The notes: generated by a model from the letters alone, not told the origin. A DNA stretch of 52,350 bases from an uncultured Nitrososphaerota archaeon (GCA_964618805.1 CAZUBM010000011.1:1-52350); one strand, 5' to 3'; positions 41,249 to 51,566 are shown, counted from the stretch's first letter. Translations and numbers: made by a program.

Positions 41249-42025
41249 TTGAAGTACGTCTTCTCATTCTTTTTGCTGCTAACTGTTATAATGGTTTTAT
41301 TGACCCAAGTTAAGATCTCTGTACCTATAGAAGAAGTGGACGTGGGCAGTTTCTCGTGGAAAGCTCAGGAAGCGAAACCTTTAGAATTCGAAATCGTTAA
41401 ACACCCAAAATATATTGACACAGAGATTCAAGATCACAAGATAGTGCTTAAGGATGATGAATGGGAGGTGGAGTTGTCCATCAAATCCTCTATAGCGTGT
41501 CGAAAAAGGGCCAATGTGACATACTATGAAGAGGGAAAACCCCATCATTGGAGGATTGAATTGCTGGTTAAAGGATTTTTCATCGAGTTTGACATTAATT
41601 ACTTGAATAAAACAACAAGTGAAATGACGCATGTAAGGAAATTCCTAATAAGTGAGTACGTAGAGGGGTTTGATCTCGGAGACTATGTTGCAGCAGCTCG
41701 GAATGTTGAAGAAATTACTCCAACTGTTTCAGATTATTCTATTGGCAAAATTCACATCATAAATAGGAGAACTTCGGTAATCGACAGAAGGTTCAACTAT
41801 ATTCCTCCTCGGGATGAGTATGAAGAGGAGGTAGATGTAGAGATCATTTTCGATGTAAGATGCTTCACAAGGGCGGAGACTCAAATCACTCTGATTGATT
41901 ATCTAAGTGAGAAAACAGGAGGAATATACAACGCAATAGTGAGTATTCTAGGCACCATATCCGCTGCATTTGGGATCTTTGAAGTTATTTTGCGTGTAAG
42001 TAGGCGGGGGAAAACTTATAGGTAA
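41249..42025 (+). CDS. Hypothetical protein with N- and C-terminal TM helices
   Basis: Intact 258-aa ORF with hydrophobic ends. Confidence 0.65.
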   Translation: MKYVFSFFLLLTVIMVLLTQVKISVPIEEVDVGSFSWKAQEAKPLEFEIVKHPKYIDTEIQDHKIVLKDDEWEVELSIKSSIACRKRANVTYYEEGKPHHWRIELLVKGFFIEFDINYLNKTTSEMTHVRKFLISEYVEGFDLGDYVAAARNVEEITPTVSDYSIGKIHIINRRTSVIDRRFNYIPPRDEYEEEVDVEIIFDVRCFTRAETQITLIDYLSEKTGGIYNAIVSILGTISAAFGIFEVILRVSRRGKTYR

Positions 42026-42172
42026 CTAAAGGATGATAAAGCAAAATTAACCAAGACATTCATCTAAGCACTTTTAAGTGCAGAAATTCGAGCTTTTCGA
42101 TTAGGTTTATCAAACTGACCACTTAGAACGGGCAGCAGATAAGAAGCAACCAGCCACTTAACAACACAACGA

Positions 42173-42775
42173 CTACGACGCTGGAGCTTCTATCTTGAGA
42201 GAGCCAATGCTTCCAAGGTCGATTATGGCTTCTCCACTAAACTGAGGTATTAAATAAAGTAGTTCGACTATTGTTCCAGGTTCCATTTCTACTATAAGCT
42301 CGCCTTTTTCCTCAGTTACCCAGCCGCCATATGGCAACCAAGACGTCGGAAGGTAAAATGCAAGAGGAGCCTTGGATTCTGTGTCCATATGAACTACAAC
42401 GTCAGAAAGCAATGGCACCGTAAGATTGAGGTTTGTTTTGCCAGAATTTCGAATTTTAATGACGATCGCTAATGGTTTCCCCAGCTGCTCGTCAAGTGTG
42501 CTACAACCTGTCATTGTCCATTCGCCACCAATAGTCAAACTTTTGGGACGTGATGGCTCTAGCTTAAGGCCGCATATTGAGTTGAAATTCAGAAATTTCG
42601 CTCCCTCTATGATCCATCCTCCAGATTCTGGAACAGCAGTTGGACTAGGTGTTGCTGTAGGCGAAGATGGCAAAGTTTCCTTCCCTCTAGTAAATAGAGT
42701 AAAGGCCACAACAACTAGTACCAACAACCCTATTGCGAACAGAATTTTTTCTCTCTTCATGATGTTCGCATCCAA
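42173..42775 (-). CDS. Membrane-anchored hypothetical protein with S/T/P linker
   Basis: N-terminal TM and PSSPTATPSPT linker. Confidence 0.65.
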   Translation of the reverse strand: MDANIMKREKILFAIGLLVLVVVAFTLFTRGKETLPSSPTATPSPTAVPESGGWIIEGAKFLNFNSICGLKLEPSRPKSLTIGGEWTMTGCSTLDEQLGKPLAIVIKIRNSGKTNLNLTVPLLSDVVVHMDTESKAPLAFYLPTSWLPYGGWVTEEKGELIVEMEPGTIVELLYLIPQFSGEAIIDLGSIGSLKIEAPAS

Positions 42776-42940
42776 TTGATCTAACTTCTCTGACTATTAT
42801 ACTTTCATAAGTTCATCCATCCATAAGAGAGATGGAGATACTACATATGAACTATAACATCATAGAGTACAAGAGTGAACTTCCTCGCAATTAAAAGCTT
42901 TGTAGGATCGACTAGCTTACTGGTTGATGATGTGAGAGCA

Positions 42941-44115
42941 ATGCCAAAGGATGCTAAATTTGAGATTTCAGATGTAGATTTAGCGGATTTGGTTCTATTG
43001 AATGCCGACGTAATCACCATGTCAGAGAAACTACCTAGTGCCGAGGCAATTGCTATTACGAATGGTAGAATCCTTAAGGTGGGTTCAAACGAGGATGCAA
43101 GGCAATTCATTGGAGACAAGACTAAGGTCTTAGATCTCAACGGAAAAACTGTTGTTCCAGGGTTCATAGATACACATCATCATGGGATTGCTAGGGGTCT
43201 TCTAAAGACATCCAAAGTTTGGGTTGACCTATTTGACTGCAACTCCATAGCTGAGATGGTGGAAAAAGTCAGGAGAATGGTTTTGAAGACTCCAAAGGGA
43301 AAGTGGGTCCTTGGCAGAGGATGGATCAGTTCAGAGTAAAAGAGAAGAGACTTCCAACTAGATGGGACCTTGACCCAGTCTCCTCCGAAAACCCGGTAGT
43401 TTTGAAGAGTGCAGGAGGACATGCAGCCTGGGTAAACAGCAAAGCATTTGAGCTTGCCGGGATTACCGCTGAGACTAAGGAAGATTCTAGGGGCAGAATC
43501 CTCAGAGATAAAAAGGGAGTGCCCATTGGAATAGTTCACGAATACGCCATGCAAATCTTCTGGAACATGGCTGAACCCCCAACTGATGAGGTTTTGCTGG
43601 AGACAGCACGTTCAAGCCTCCAGGCCGCAGCAAAGGTTGGGTGGACAACAATTCATCACGTGATGATCCCTTTCCCCGGAGGTCTTGGCTACTCATTTGC
43701 CGAAATAAGGCCGTTCATGGAACTTCATAGGAGAAAGAAGCTTCCAATCAGGGTTTGGATGATAATCAATCCGTATCATCAGTCTTCAATGCCAGAAGAT
43801 TCTTCTTTGCTTGATAAATTGATAGAACTTGGGCTACACACCGACTTTGGAGATGAGATGCTGAAAATAGGATGCATCAAGATAATAGCGGATGGATCCC
43901 CTCAAGCGCATTCTGCTTACCTATCAGAACCCTATGCTGACAATCCAAACACTTTTGGCATAATAAGGTATCCTGAGGAGAGAGGAGTCTCTAAGACGCT
44001 AAATCGTCTGGTCTCAAAAGCCCATAAAGCTGGGTTCCAGCTCATGATCCATGCAATTGGAGATAGGGCTGGAGATAGGGCTGCATACGTATGCAGACAA
44101 CTAGAAAGGTTTTAG
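42941..44115 (+). pseudogene. Amidohydrolase 3 (YtcJ-like), frameshifted and 3'-truncated
   Basis: VPGFIDTHHH, GRGW/DQ frameshift at about 43323, GHAAWVNS, KIIADG, HAIGDRA, then an abrupt end. Confidence 0.88.
44058..44096. repeat. 12-bp tandem duplication followed by a perfect 16-bp palindrome
   Basis: (TGGAGATAGGGC)x2, then CTGCATACGTATGCAG at 44081-44096. Confidence 0.85.
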
Positions 44116-44615
44116 CAAGCGCCTTTATAGTTAGCTTATTGCTTCTTGGTCTCGTACAAATGGTCGCAGGTTTCACGAAGCCGAGATATGGTGAAGCGAA
44201 AGGTGTAGGCGAGATCAAGACTTCCAATAATGGAAGGAGCTACTTCGCCTTTGATGTAAAATGGGAGGGGGGAGATCCTGGACCAAAAGGAGTTTTCTTC
44301 TACACGGATCCAAAAGCTAGATTGATCGTTTTTAGCAATGACATAACCTATTTTAAGATACGGAGATCAGAATAAGAATACCCTCCAGTTGTTGGATGGA
44401 GATATACAACATTTGGAGGGAATTGCTTCGTCAACAAGGGAAATCGCATGTACAAATGTACATTTGAAGTGCATATTTCAGAATGTGTATCCTGTCCCTT
44501 TATTCCAGAAGAGGGTCCTCCTCCAACCACATTTAGGATAACAATATCAAAAATCCATTACTCTGAAGGTGGACCGTTGATCCAAGGAGAAATTCATGTG
44601 TCTGAAGGATCATAG
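44091..44615 (+). pseudogene. Secreted beta-rich protein with one in-frame TAA
   Basis: Signal peptide. The frame continues 80 codons past TAA 44373 to ...GGPLIQGEIHVSEGS*. Confidence 0.6.
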
Positions 44616-45334
44616 TCTGTTTTTCTTGAAAACTCGGTTTAATCCTTCCTCTCCTTTCTTTTTTATTTTCCGCATGCTTAACTTTTACTCATATTCTCGA
44701 AGACAATTAGGCCCTTAGATAATCCCAAGATCCAAACTACCTAGAAATTTGGAATAAGATGGAAGGTCTCAGAAGGAGCTCCCCCAAGAAATGTTTTTAT
44801 GATCTTCAAATATTGGGGATATGGACTATACGTCGGTAGAAAAATAAAAAAGTTAGGAAAGCAATAGAAACGTTGGTACAAGCGCTCTGATATCGTGTTT
44901 GGAATTCTAAATGAATTTGTTGACTTTGTACCTATCTATACCCTCTTAGGAAAACTCCTTGTTCTATGATCAATTTTGTAGTGTAGATACTCAAACCACT
45001 CCCCAAGTATAGGTGCCTTCATCGGCTTTCTGTACACTTCTCGCAATCGGCTCAACCTTTTGCCAAGCCAGAGTGATGAAACCTTCATCAGGTCTGCAAC
45101 AAAGACTGAATCTGTGGCTTTCTCCTCACTAAAACCCCTACACCTTTGAAGAATGCTTTTTATGACTCCTATAGCGACGTTAGTTACTGCTATTATCATC
45201 AATATGCTTTCTATACCGAACAGACGATTCGCTTGCCAATATCGCTTAAGCTAGCTAAAAATAAACACAAACTATCGCAAAGGTTCGTCCTAAAGAAACT
45301 TTTTATTTGTAATGTCAAAGAGAAAGCGCATATC

Positions 45335-46359
45335 ATGCCTGTTTTCCACAAATTTGGGGAGACAACGATAGCGAGGGTTAGTGACTCCTCTGATCTGAAG
45401 CAGATCTTGGTCGATACCCTAACTGGGTATCGAACGAGCCCGGAAATTACACCGATTGCAAAACCTTGAGGGCGATCCTAGAAGCAATCGATTCCAGCGT
45501 CATCATCACCGAATCCTACATGATAGCTCGCTCACCAAGCCTTCAAGAAGGAGGGATGAGCTTTAAGGCTAACGGCAAGGAAGTCAACTGGAAATGGCTC
45601 CTTAAGGGAGAGGGTTGGCGATGGCTTATCGAACATCCTAGCTGGGACTAGTTCAGAGAAGAAGGGCACTGGGACCGAATCAGGAAGGAAGATCAGGTCT
45701 TCCTCGACCAAAACGGTTTCACCGACCTATTTAAGGAGTTCAGCGTGGAGTACATCAACGTGACCGAAGAGGTTTGGAGGGGGAACATAGCAGATCCCAA
45801 CGAGGTTAAAAGGGCTGTTGAGTCTCATTTCAAGCTGGTTGCAACCAAAAAGCTCTACAACATGGTACTAAAGAAGCTATACGATCTGCGTGGCTCTACA
45901 CTAATAAGCCTTGCAAAGCTCAAGATGTACGCAAGTTTTTGTATGAAGAACCTGTTTGGTATGATACCAGATCTACTTAGGCCTTGGTGGCACGGTCCGA
46001 ACCATTCGAAAATAGCTAGAAGCATAATCGACGTTAACAAGGTCTACCAATCCCTCTTCAACGTCTACGGAATCTGCGAGGCCCTTCACTCAACGGCAGT
46101 TCCACATCCTGAAGGTGAGTACGAGTTGATTCTCCCTCGCATGAGGTACAACATCGTTGATGGATTTGAGGTTGCAGCATTTGGCAGGGACCTTGTTAGC
46201 CTAGATGCCATCCTCCTCAATCTCTCTGAGGGATGGATTTCTCAGAGCGCAGAACTAAATCTAAAACCTATTGAGATAGCTGAGGAGGAGTTCTGGGCCT
46301 GTGATAGGGAAGCCGTGAGAGAATCAAAGGAGAAGGTAGGAAACTGGCTATCCCGATAA
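45335..46359 (+). pseudogene. DUF362-like protein, deleted/frameshifted with in-frame TAG
   Basis: PNWVS, ITES, SLAKLK, MKNLFG, DLVSLDA. Frameshift at about 45418 and TAG at 45649. Confidence 0.7.
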
Positions 46360-46369
46360 TCGGCAAGGA

Positions 46370-46762
46370 CTAAGTATTCGTTACAATTTCATTGCTAAGG
46401 TATTGAATCACCTTTTCCACAAACTCCTTCCCTTTCTCAAGCAATTCCTCAGCTTCTTGCTTTGATATGATGAACGTATGCTCATAATCTCCTATCTGCC
46501 TTTTCTCGAATGCTCTATTCAGTTCCCTCCCCATTTCTCTCGGAAAAATGCCCGTCCTGATGAAATGCTCTCCGAAAGCAGAGATAACGCCTTTGTGGGA
46601 TGAAAAAGACAGGTCTTTTGTTAACAACAAGGCTTGAGCGGAGAAAAACATCGCGTAATAGGTTCTTGAAACCGATGATTCGTAGTCCCCATCTTTGAGG
46701 AGAATTTCGGCGCTCCTAAGGTACCTTCTTGCCCTTTTAATGAGCGATTCGACTTCCTTCAA
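46370..46762 (-). CDS. HEPN-domain protein
   Basis: SRTYYAMF, SHKGVISAF, RQIGDY. Confidence 0.9.
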   Translation of the reverse strand: MKEVESLIKRARRYLRSAEILLKDGDYESSVSRTYYAMFFSAQALLLTKDLSFSSHKGVISAFGEHFIRTGIFPREMGRELNRAFEKRQIGDYEHTFIISKQEAEELLEKGKEFVEKVIQYLSNEIVTNT

Positions 46763-47397
46763 GCTGGAATCCCTTCCTTTCTAATATTCATCAACAAAGG
46801 GCTTCTGACCTCATGAAAGTCTTTCTCAGACACGGGATAAACCGATATTAGCACTCCATATTTCAGGTTAATTTTCGTTATAATGTCAATCATTCTGTCT
46901 ATCTCTCTTCCTGGCAGAACTTTCCCCTCGAGGACTATGAGAACATCTATGTCTGAGTCCTCAGTTGCCTCGCCTCTTGCCCATGATCCATAAAGTATAA
47001 CCTTCTTCAGCCTCTTTCCATACAGTTCTTTGATCTCTGTCTTGAATTCCTTGAGTATTTCCTTTATCTTATCTCTCTCTTTCTCTACAATCTGTAATGA
47101 TAGCTTCCTTTCGTACTCCCTTAGCATCGCTATTAATGGGTGCTTGAGGTTTATCCTGTAGAGCTTTGCCTTTCCTATTCTTCTCGTGACTTTAACTATT
47201 CCCAGCTCCTCTAAGTCCTTGAAGTACTTGTAGAATGTCTGCTTGCTCATGCCCAAGGCCTCAATAACTTCCTTCTTCGTGAAGTCTAAGAGAGGATTAC
47301 CAAGAAAGAAGTCAATTATTCTGATCTTCGGCGAATTTCCAAACGTTTTTAGTAGGATTGATGCGCCTTTCTCTTTTCTGATGAACTCTTCCTGCAT
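46759..47397 (-). CDS. Winged-HTH fused to MNT nucleotidyltransferase
   Basis: FGNSPKIRIIDFFL..GMSKQTFYK..LEELGIV..RIGKAKLY, then LYGSWARGEATEDSDIDVL. Confidence 0.85.
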   Translation of the reverse strand: MQEEFIRKEKGASILLKTFGNSPKIRIIDFFLGNPLLDFTKKEVIEALGMSKQTFYKYFKDLEELGIVKVTRRIGKAKLYRINLKHPLIAMLREYERKLSLQIVEKERDKIKEILKEFKTEIKELYGKRLKKVILYGSWARGEATEDSDIDVLIVLEGKVLPGREIDRMIDIITKINLKYGVLISVYPVSEKDFHEVRSPLLMNIRKEGIPA

Positions 47398-47538
47398 TCT
47401 AAACCAAATTAAAGTTAGAAGATGAGCATATAAATATACTTCTAAAGGTATCAAAGATGAACCTATCAAAGGCATCGATAACTTGCTTTTCTGTCAGAGC
47501 TGTTGTCATTTTTGTTTTTGTAGTTGATGCGGCTCATT

Positions 47539-47814
47539 CTATGCTTTAATTCCATGTGGAAAAGCTTCCTTTATGTCGTTGAAGAATTGATCCATATGGC
47601 TATACATATCATAAAGCTTTTGGCATGGAAATTCGGGGCAATAAGTGCAGATCTTTAGCCCTTTATCCTTTGCACAGTCCCTGATGCCACACTTTTCCCT
47701 CGATCAGCAGCCCTTACAAGTAAACTCCTTTCTTCCTATAAGGTAAAATGGACACCAACCGCAGTAGAGTCCACAGGGAGCTATAAGATCCTCCTTAACT
47801 GTAACTTCGGCCAT
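47539..47814 (-). pseudogene. DUF3795-like Cys-rich protein with one in-frame TGA
   Basis: APCGLYCGWC..CKGC*..CGIRDCAKDKG..CTYCPEFPC. Confidence 0.8.
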
Positions 47815-48201
47815 CACACGCTTTCTATTGTCGCACATATTTTACTTTGTTTATGTTTTCAAATGTGATGCTTTTGCATTGCTTTTACTTTAAAACGGGT
47901 GAAATTTCGCTGAAGAAGATAAGGGAACTTTTTAGATGGAAGAAGATAGCTAGAACCAACACAAGGACCTAAACTGCTTTGAGATATAGCTTAGTTGTTA
48001 GCTTCGATGAGAAGTCGAGGAAGAAAATCTTCGAGGTAAGTAGGGAGTTTAGAGACGATGACATGGGAGAACTCATTAATGAGACGATAAAAAAGAAGTT
48101 GAAGTTTGTCTAGAGCCATGAACTCATGAAAGAAAGGAAAAAGGCATGCTAGCAAAAATCCATATGGCTACCTCAGCCTAAATCGATTCATATCTAATTC
48201 T

Positions 48202-48585
48202 TCAAACCCTTTTCCTCAGAATACCCAAACCATCGTATAGCACTTTCCCTTTTAGGGCTTCAGAGATTAGAAAATCTTGTTCATGCAGTGCTTTAACATC
48301 TATCAGCACAACATCCACTGGAATGCTTTTCCCTTTCAATGAGTATACCTGCTCCAAAACTTCCCAATACCCATTTATCTCATCAAGAATCAAAAGGACG
48401 TCAAAATCGCTCGTTGGTCTTCTCTCTCCCCTCGCCACCGAACCGAAAAGGACTATCGTCACCTTGCCAGCGAACTCTTCAATCAACGCTGATACAAACC
48501 TCTCGAAATCCTCCTTTCTTCTCCTAATGATCTCTGATCTATGCTTTAATAGATCTTCTAGCGAATTCGATGATTTTTTTAGCAT
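48202..48585 (-). CDS. MNT nucleotidyltransferase
   Basis: LFGSVARGE..TSDFDVL, PVDVV. Confidence 0.88.
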   Translation of the reverse strand: MLKKSSNSLEDLLKHRSEIIRRRKEDFERFVSALIEEFAGKVTIVLFGSVARGERRPTSDFDVLLILDEINGYWEVLEQVYSLKGKSIPVDVVLIDVKALHEQDFLISEALKGKVLYDGLGILRKRV

Positions 48586-48916
48586 GAGACATACACCTCT
48601 CCGCTATTTTTCTATCGTACTTTCTCCAATGAACAGATGGGTACCTTGCTCTCGTGTGGTGAGGTTCTAGGGCTTCAGCTGCTTGATAAACTTGCTCTTC
48701 AGTGGCTATGCCTATGCTCTCGATGGAATCCAGTAATTCAGTTAGGCTGTGGGTAAAAGGATATGTTCCTGTTCTTTGGAGTAGAAGCGCCTTAAGCATT
48801 AGTTCTGCTGCTTGGTGGGCTGAGAAGCATGAGATGGCAAACCTCTTCTCTTTAAGACATTGTTCCGCGTTCTCCATAAATTCCATGGCTCTTGAGATCC
48901 AGTCACCTATGCTCAT
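48539..48916 (-). CDS. HEPN-domain protein
   Basis: SCFSAHQAAE..LKA, THSLTELL, TRARYP. Confidence 0.88.
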   Translation of the reverse strand: MSIGDWISRAMEFMENAEQCLKEKRFAISCFSAHQAAELMLKALLLQRTGTYPFTHSLTELLDSIESIGIATEEQVYQAAEALEPHHTRARYPSVHWRKYDRKIAERCMSHAKKIIEFARRSIKA

Positions 48917-49260
48917 TACATCATTCAAACACCTTGATACATATATACTCTGGTATCATTGCATATCTCTTCCGTTTTAATCTTAGGAAAAACCCTAGAT
49001 CAATGATATTGAAGAAATCTCATTAAATCTGTCCATTTTTCCTGGAAAATTATATATTCTAAATTTACCTAACAAATTGTGTCCATAAGAGAGATTTGAT
49101 TGCCTCATTATGATCCACAGAAGTGGTTGGATAAAATGCCTACTGACGGATGACAGCAATGGCTAGGGGACGGTTATGGATAAGTAAAGATCTCTATAAC
49201 TTAATTTTTATCCCGTACAAAACTTCAGGGATTAAAACTGGTTCTGGAATCCAATACGAT

Positions 49261-49701
49261 CTATGCTATAGACCTAGGAAGGACGATTATGTTTTCCTTT
49301 TGAGCCTGAGCCCTCAGTCTCCTGTCAAAAGTGGCTAGTGGGATTCCCTCTCTCTCCGCAATAGAGAGTACGACCTTATCATTGAACCTTGAGGGAGAAA
49401 GATTCTCTTCCAAGAGGGCGGCTAAAGCCCATCTAATCGCATCTCTACCTCCTGATGTCACTCTGGCCTTGGGGTCCCAAGCGTACTCCTGCACTTTAAC
49501 CGAGATGTCCTCAAGGCTTACACCTATTTCCTTCATCAACCAAATATACTCGTACAGCACTATTAAGGGAAGCACCCAAGTGTCGAGGGAATCCAAAATC
49601 TCACGAGACTTATCGTGGTATATTGAATCCTCAAACGTGTCATATACGATGACATTAGTGTCCAGAACAGCAGATGACAATTTATCCACCAGAGGAAGCA
49701 A
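49261..49701 (-). CDS. vapC: PIN-domain (VapC) toxin
   Basis: VLDTNV, VLYEY, FNDKVV, LATFDRRL. Confidence 0.9.
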   Translation of the reverse strand: MLPLVDKLSSAVLDTNVIVYDTFEDSIYHDKSREILDSLDTWVLPLIVLYEYIWLMKEIGVSLEDISVKVQEYAWDPKARVTSGGRDAIRWALAALLEENLSPSRFNDKVVLSIAEREGIPLATFDRRLRAQAQKENIIVLPRSIA

Positions 49702-49924
49702 GACTCTTTTTCATTCCCAGCTCTATCAGTTTTTCTATTTCCTCGGGTGTAAGAGACCTGCCAGCTCTGAGCGTCATCCTCTTTCTCTTGGATTTAGTCA
49801 TCACTATTCTTCCCTGCTCATCAACTTCTACCTCAAGGTAGTCGCCTTCTCTCAGTCTCACTTTTTCCCTTATCTCCTTTGGTATCGTGACCTGATAGTT
49901 CCTCGTGACCTTTACCCTAGTCAT
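49682..49924 (-). CDS. AbrB/MazE-family antitoxin
   Basis: KVTRNYQVTIPKEIREKVRLREGD. Confidence 0.9.
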   Translation of the reverse strand: MTRVKVTRNYQVTIPKEIREKVRLREGDYLEVEVDEQGRIVMTKSKRKRMTLRAGRSLTPEEIEKLIELGMKKSLASSGG

Positions 49925-50085
49925 TAGTATGGAATTATTCTTACTATTATTTAAATATGTTTACTATATTTATACTAGATTCTCTCCTTCTTGTGAATCC
50001 CAGTAGAAGGATTGAAAGCGTAAGGTCATAGTCGAGCATTAGGAATGTTATGGAAGCTTGATAGCTGTGTAAAAAATTTGATAGA

Positions 50086-50517
50086 TTAGATTTTTACTTC
50101 TTTAAGTAAAAGTACTTTCGCGATTTTTTCGCCTTTCTTTCGCAATTTTTCATCAGCGGTGATTAGATCCGCGTCTAGCTTTTTTGAAAGCCAGAGATAT
50201 GCCGCGTCATAAATTGTTAAGCTCGATAAACTCGCCACTTCAAAAACCTCGGCAACCTCCTTCCACAGCACTGGAGCCAGATTTATTCCAAGAGAGCCGA
50301 TCGCTTTTAGTGCTTCAATCCCATCCACAGCTTTTAGAACGCTCTTCTTAACAGCTTTCAGTAGAACTGAGGCGAGTTCGTATGTTAGAAGAGTTGGCGC
50401 ATAAGCTTCCTCGCGTCCTAAGACGATCGCCTTCTTCAACATGTTTGCTTTTTCCTCCCACGGCTCACCGGGAATGACCCACTTCGCTGCCACGCTTGCG
50501 TCAATTACGAGCCCCAC
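50086..50517 (-). CDS. vapC: PIN-domain (VapC) toxin
   Basis: VIDASVAAKW, YELAS, TIYDAAY, LITADEKL. Confidence 0.9.
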   Translation of the reverse strand: MGLVIDASVAAKWVIPGEPWEEKANMLKKAIVLGREEAYAPTLLTYELASVLLKAVKKSVLKAVDGIEALKAIGSLGINLAPVLWKEVAEVFEVASLSSLTIYDAAYLWLSKKLDADLITADEKLRKKGEKIAKVLLLKEVKI

Positions 50518-50753
50518 CTGCTCTCCCTCTCTTCCCTTATCCACTTCACGAGCACATCCGTTGACACGTTTTTCGCCCTGCTTCTAATGTCATCCAGCTT
50601 CTTGCTTGCCTCTTTGGCAAGCTCCTCCCTTATCTTAGCCGTTATTGCCTCTCGGAGGTATTTGCTCCAATCGACCTTCACACGCCGCATTAATTCCCTG
50701 AGTTCCTCCGGTACTTTAACTGATACGTTAACGAGCCTACCCAAAATGCTCAC
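50505..50753 (-). CDS. RHH-like antitoxin
   Basis: VSVKVPEELRELM..VDWSKYLREAI..WIREERESR. Confidence 0.85.
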   Translation of the reverse strand: MSILGRLVNVSVKVPEELRELMRRVKVDWSKYLREAITAKIREELAKEASKKLDDIRSRAKNVSTDVLVKWIREERESRWGS

Positions 50754-50848
50754 CTTTTTGGACTACCAATTTGGCGTCTATATAAAGATGCCCTCGAAGG
50801 GCATATAAATATCCTAGGACTCAGTCTTCTTATCGGGTTTACGGCTCC

Positions 50849-50931
50849 ATGAAGGTTCTCGTTACCGGTACGGTAGGGTTCAAAGGCTACAACTCTGCAG
50901 GGAGCTTTTGAGCCGGGGATTCGAGGTCTAG
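50849..50931 (+). pseudogene. 5' remnant of an NAD-dependent epimerase/dehydratase
   Basis: MKVLVTGTVGFKG / LCRELLSRGFEV*, a Rossmann start with a frameshift. Confidence 0.65.
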
Positions 50932-51341
50932 GGTTAGGGCTATTAGGGTTGAGGAGGCCACCGCCTACACGCTCGCCATCGTCAGTCTGTTGCTTGGATA
51001 GCTCACCAGTCCTCCTCCCCACCTCAACCACTCTTATCCCTCCTTCTGAGGATTAGAATTATGGCAGCTATCGTGACTTGAGTCTGAGTGGAGAATTGAG
51101 CATGTACAGGACGGTATCAATAATAACGGTCTTAAAGTTCATTATACTGAGGTAAACACATGGAATTCTCTATTTTCAATCTTGTTCAGCTAAGTTAGGA
51201 TAGAGGTTAACTAAACTTGTTATATACATAAGCTGGTCTGAGTTACCAGGTGTAATGGGTGTCCTTATCTTTTAGCTCTCTTCTAACTTCTCTTTTAATT
51301 TGAGATTTAGCCTAGATTTACTCACTTCCAGAGGTGCTTCA

Positions 51342-51357
51342 TGATTTTAGCGCGCGC
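51342..51357 (+). repeat. 16-bp motif TGATTTTAGCGCGCGC, copy 2
   Basis: Exact match to 36785-36800. Confidence 0.8.
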
Positions 51358-51566
51358 CCAGCCAAAAGAATACATTTTCGTTAGAAAGCTTATATTTGAA
51401 GAGAAGCGTCCCATGCAATCTGGTCCACTGAAATTTCAACGAATTTCAGATCTGTAAAGAGGGCAAAGTCTAACGATGTGAGCAGAGGAGATTGAATTGG
51501 CAGCAGAAACAGCGGCGGATCACTTTTTATGGGATTTGAACCTCCTGATCGACTGAGGTAATAGTC

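Noticed and set aside
28550-45651. Stop-codon reassignment or pyrrolysine suggested by in-frame TAGs
   Set aside because: TAG, TGA and TAA all terminate intact genes here. TGG-to-stop is an ordinary transition, and the affected genes carry other lesions.
47704-47706. In-frame TGA in a Cys-rich protein as selenocysteine
   Set aside because: It follows a complete CxxC at a position where Trp fits, no SECIS-like element was seen, and neighbouring genes are also decayed.
50800-51110. GC-richer stretch resembling a structured RNA (RNase P/SRP), and ORF 50750-51031
   Set aside because: It resolves into a decayed epimerase start and another coding fragment. No RNase P or SRP consensus was found.
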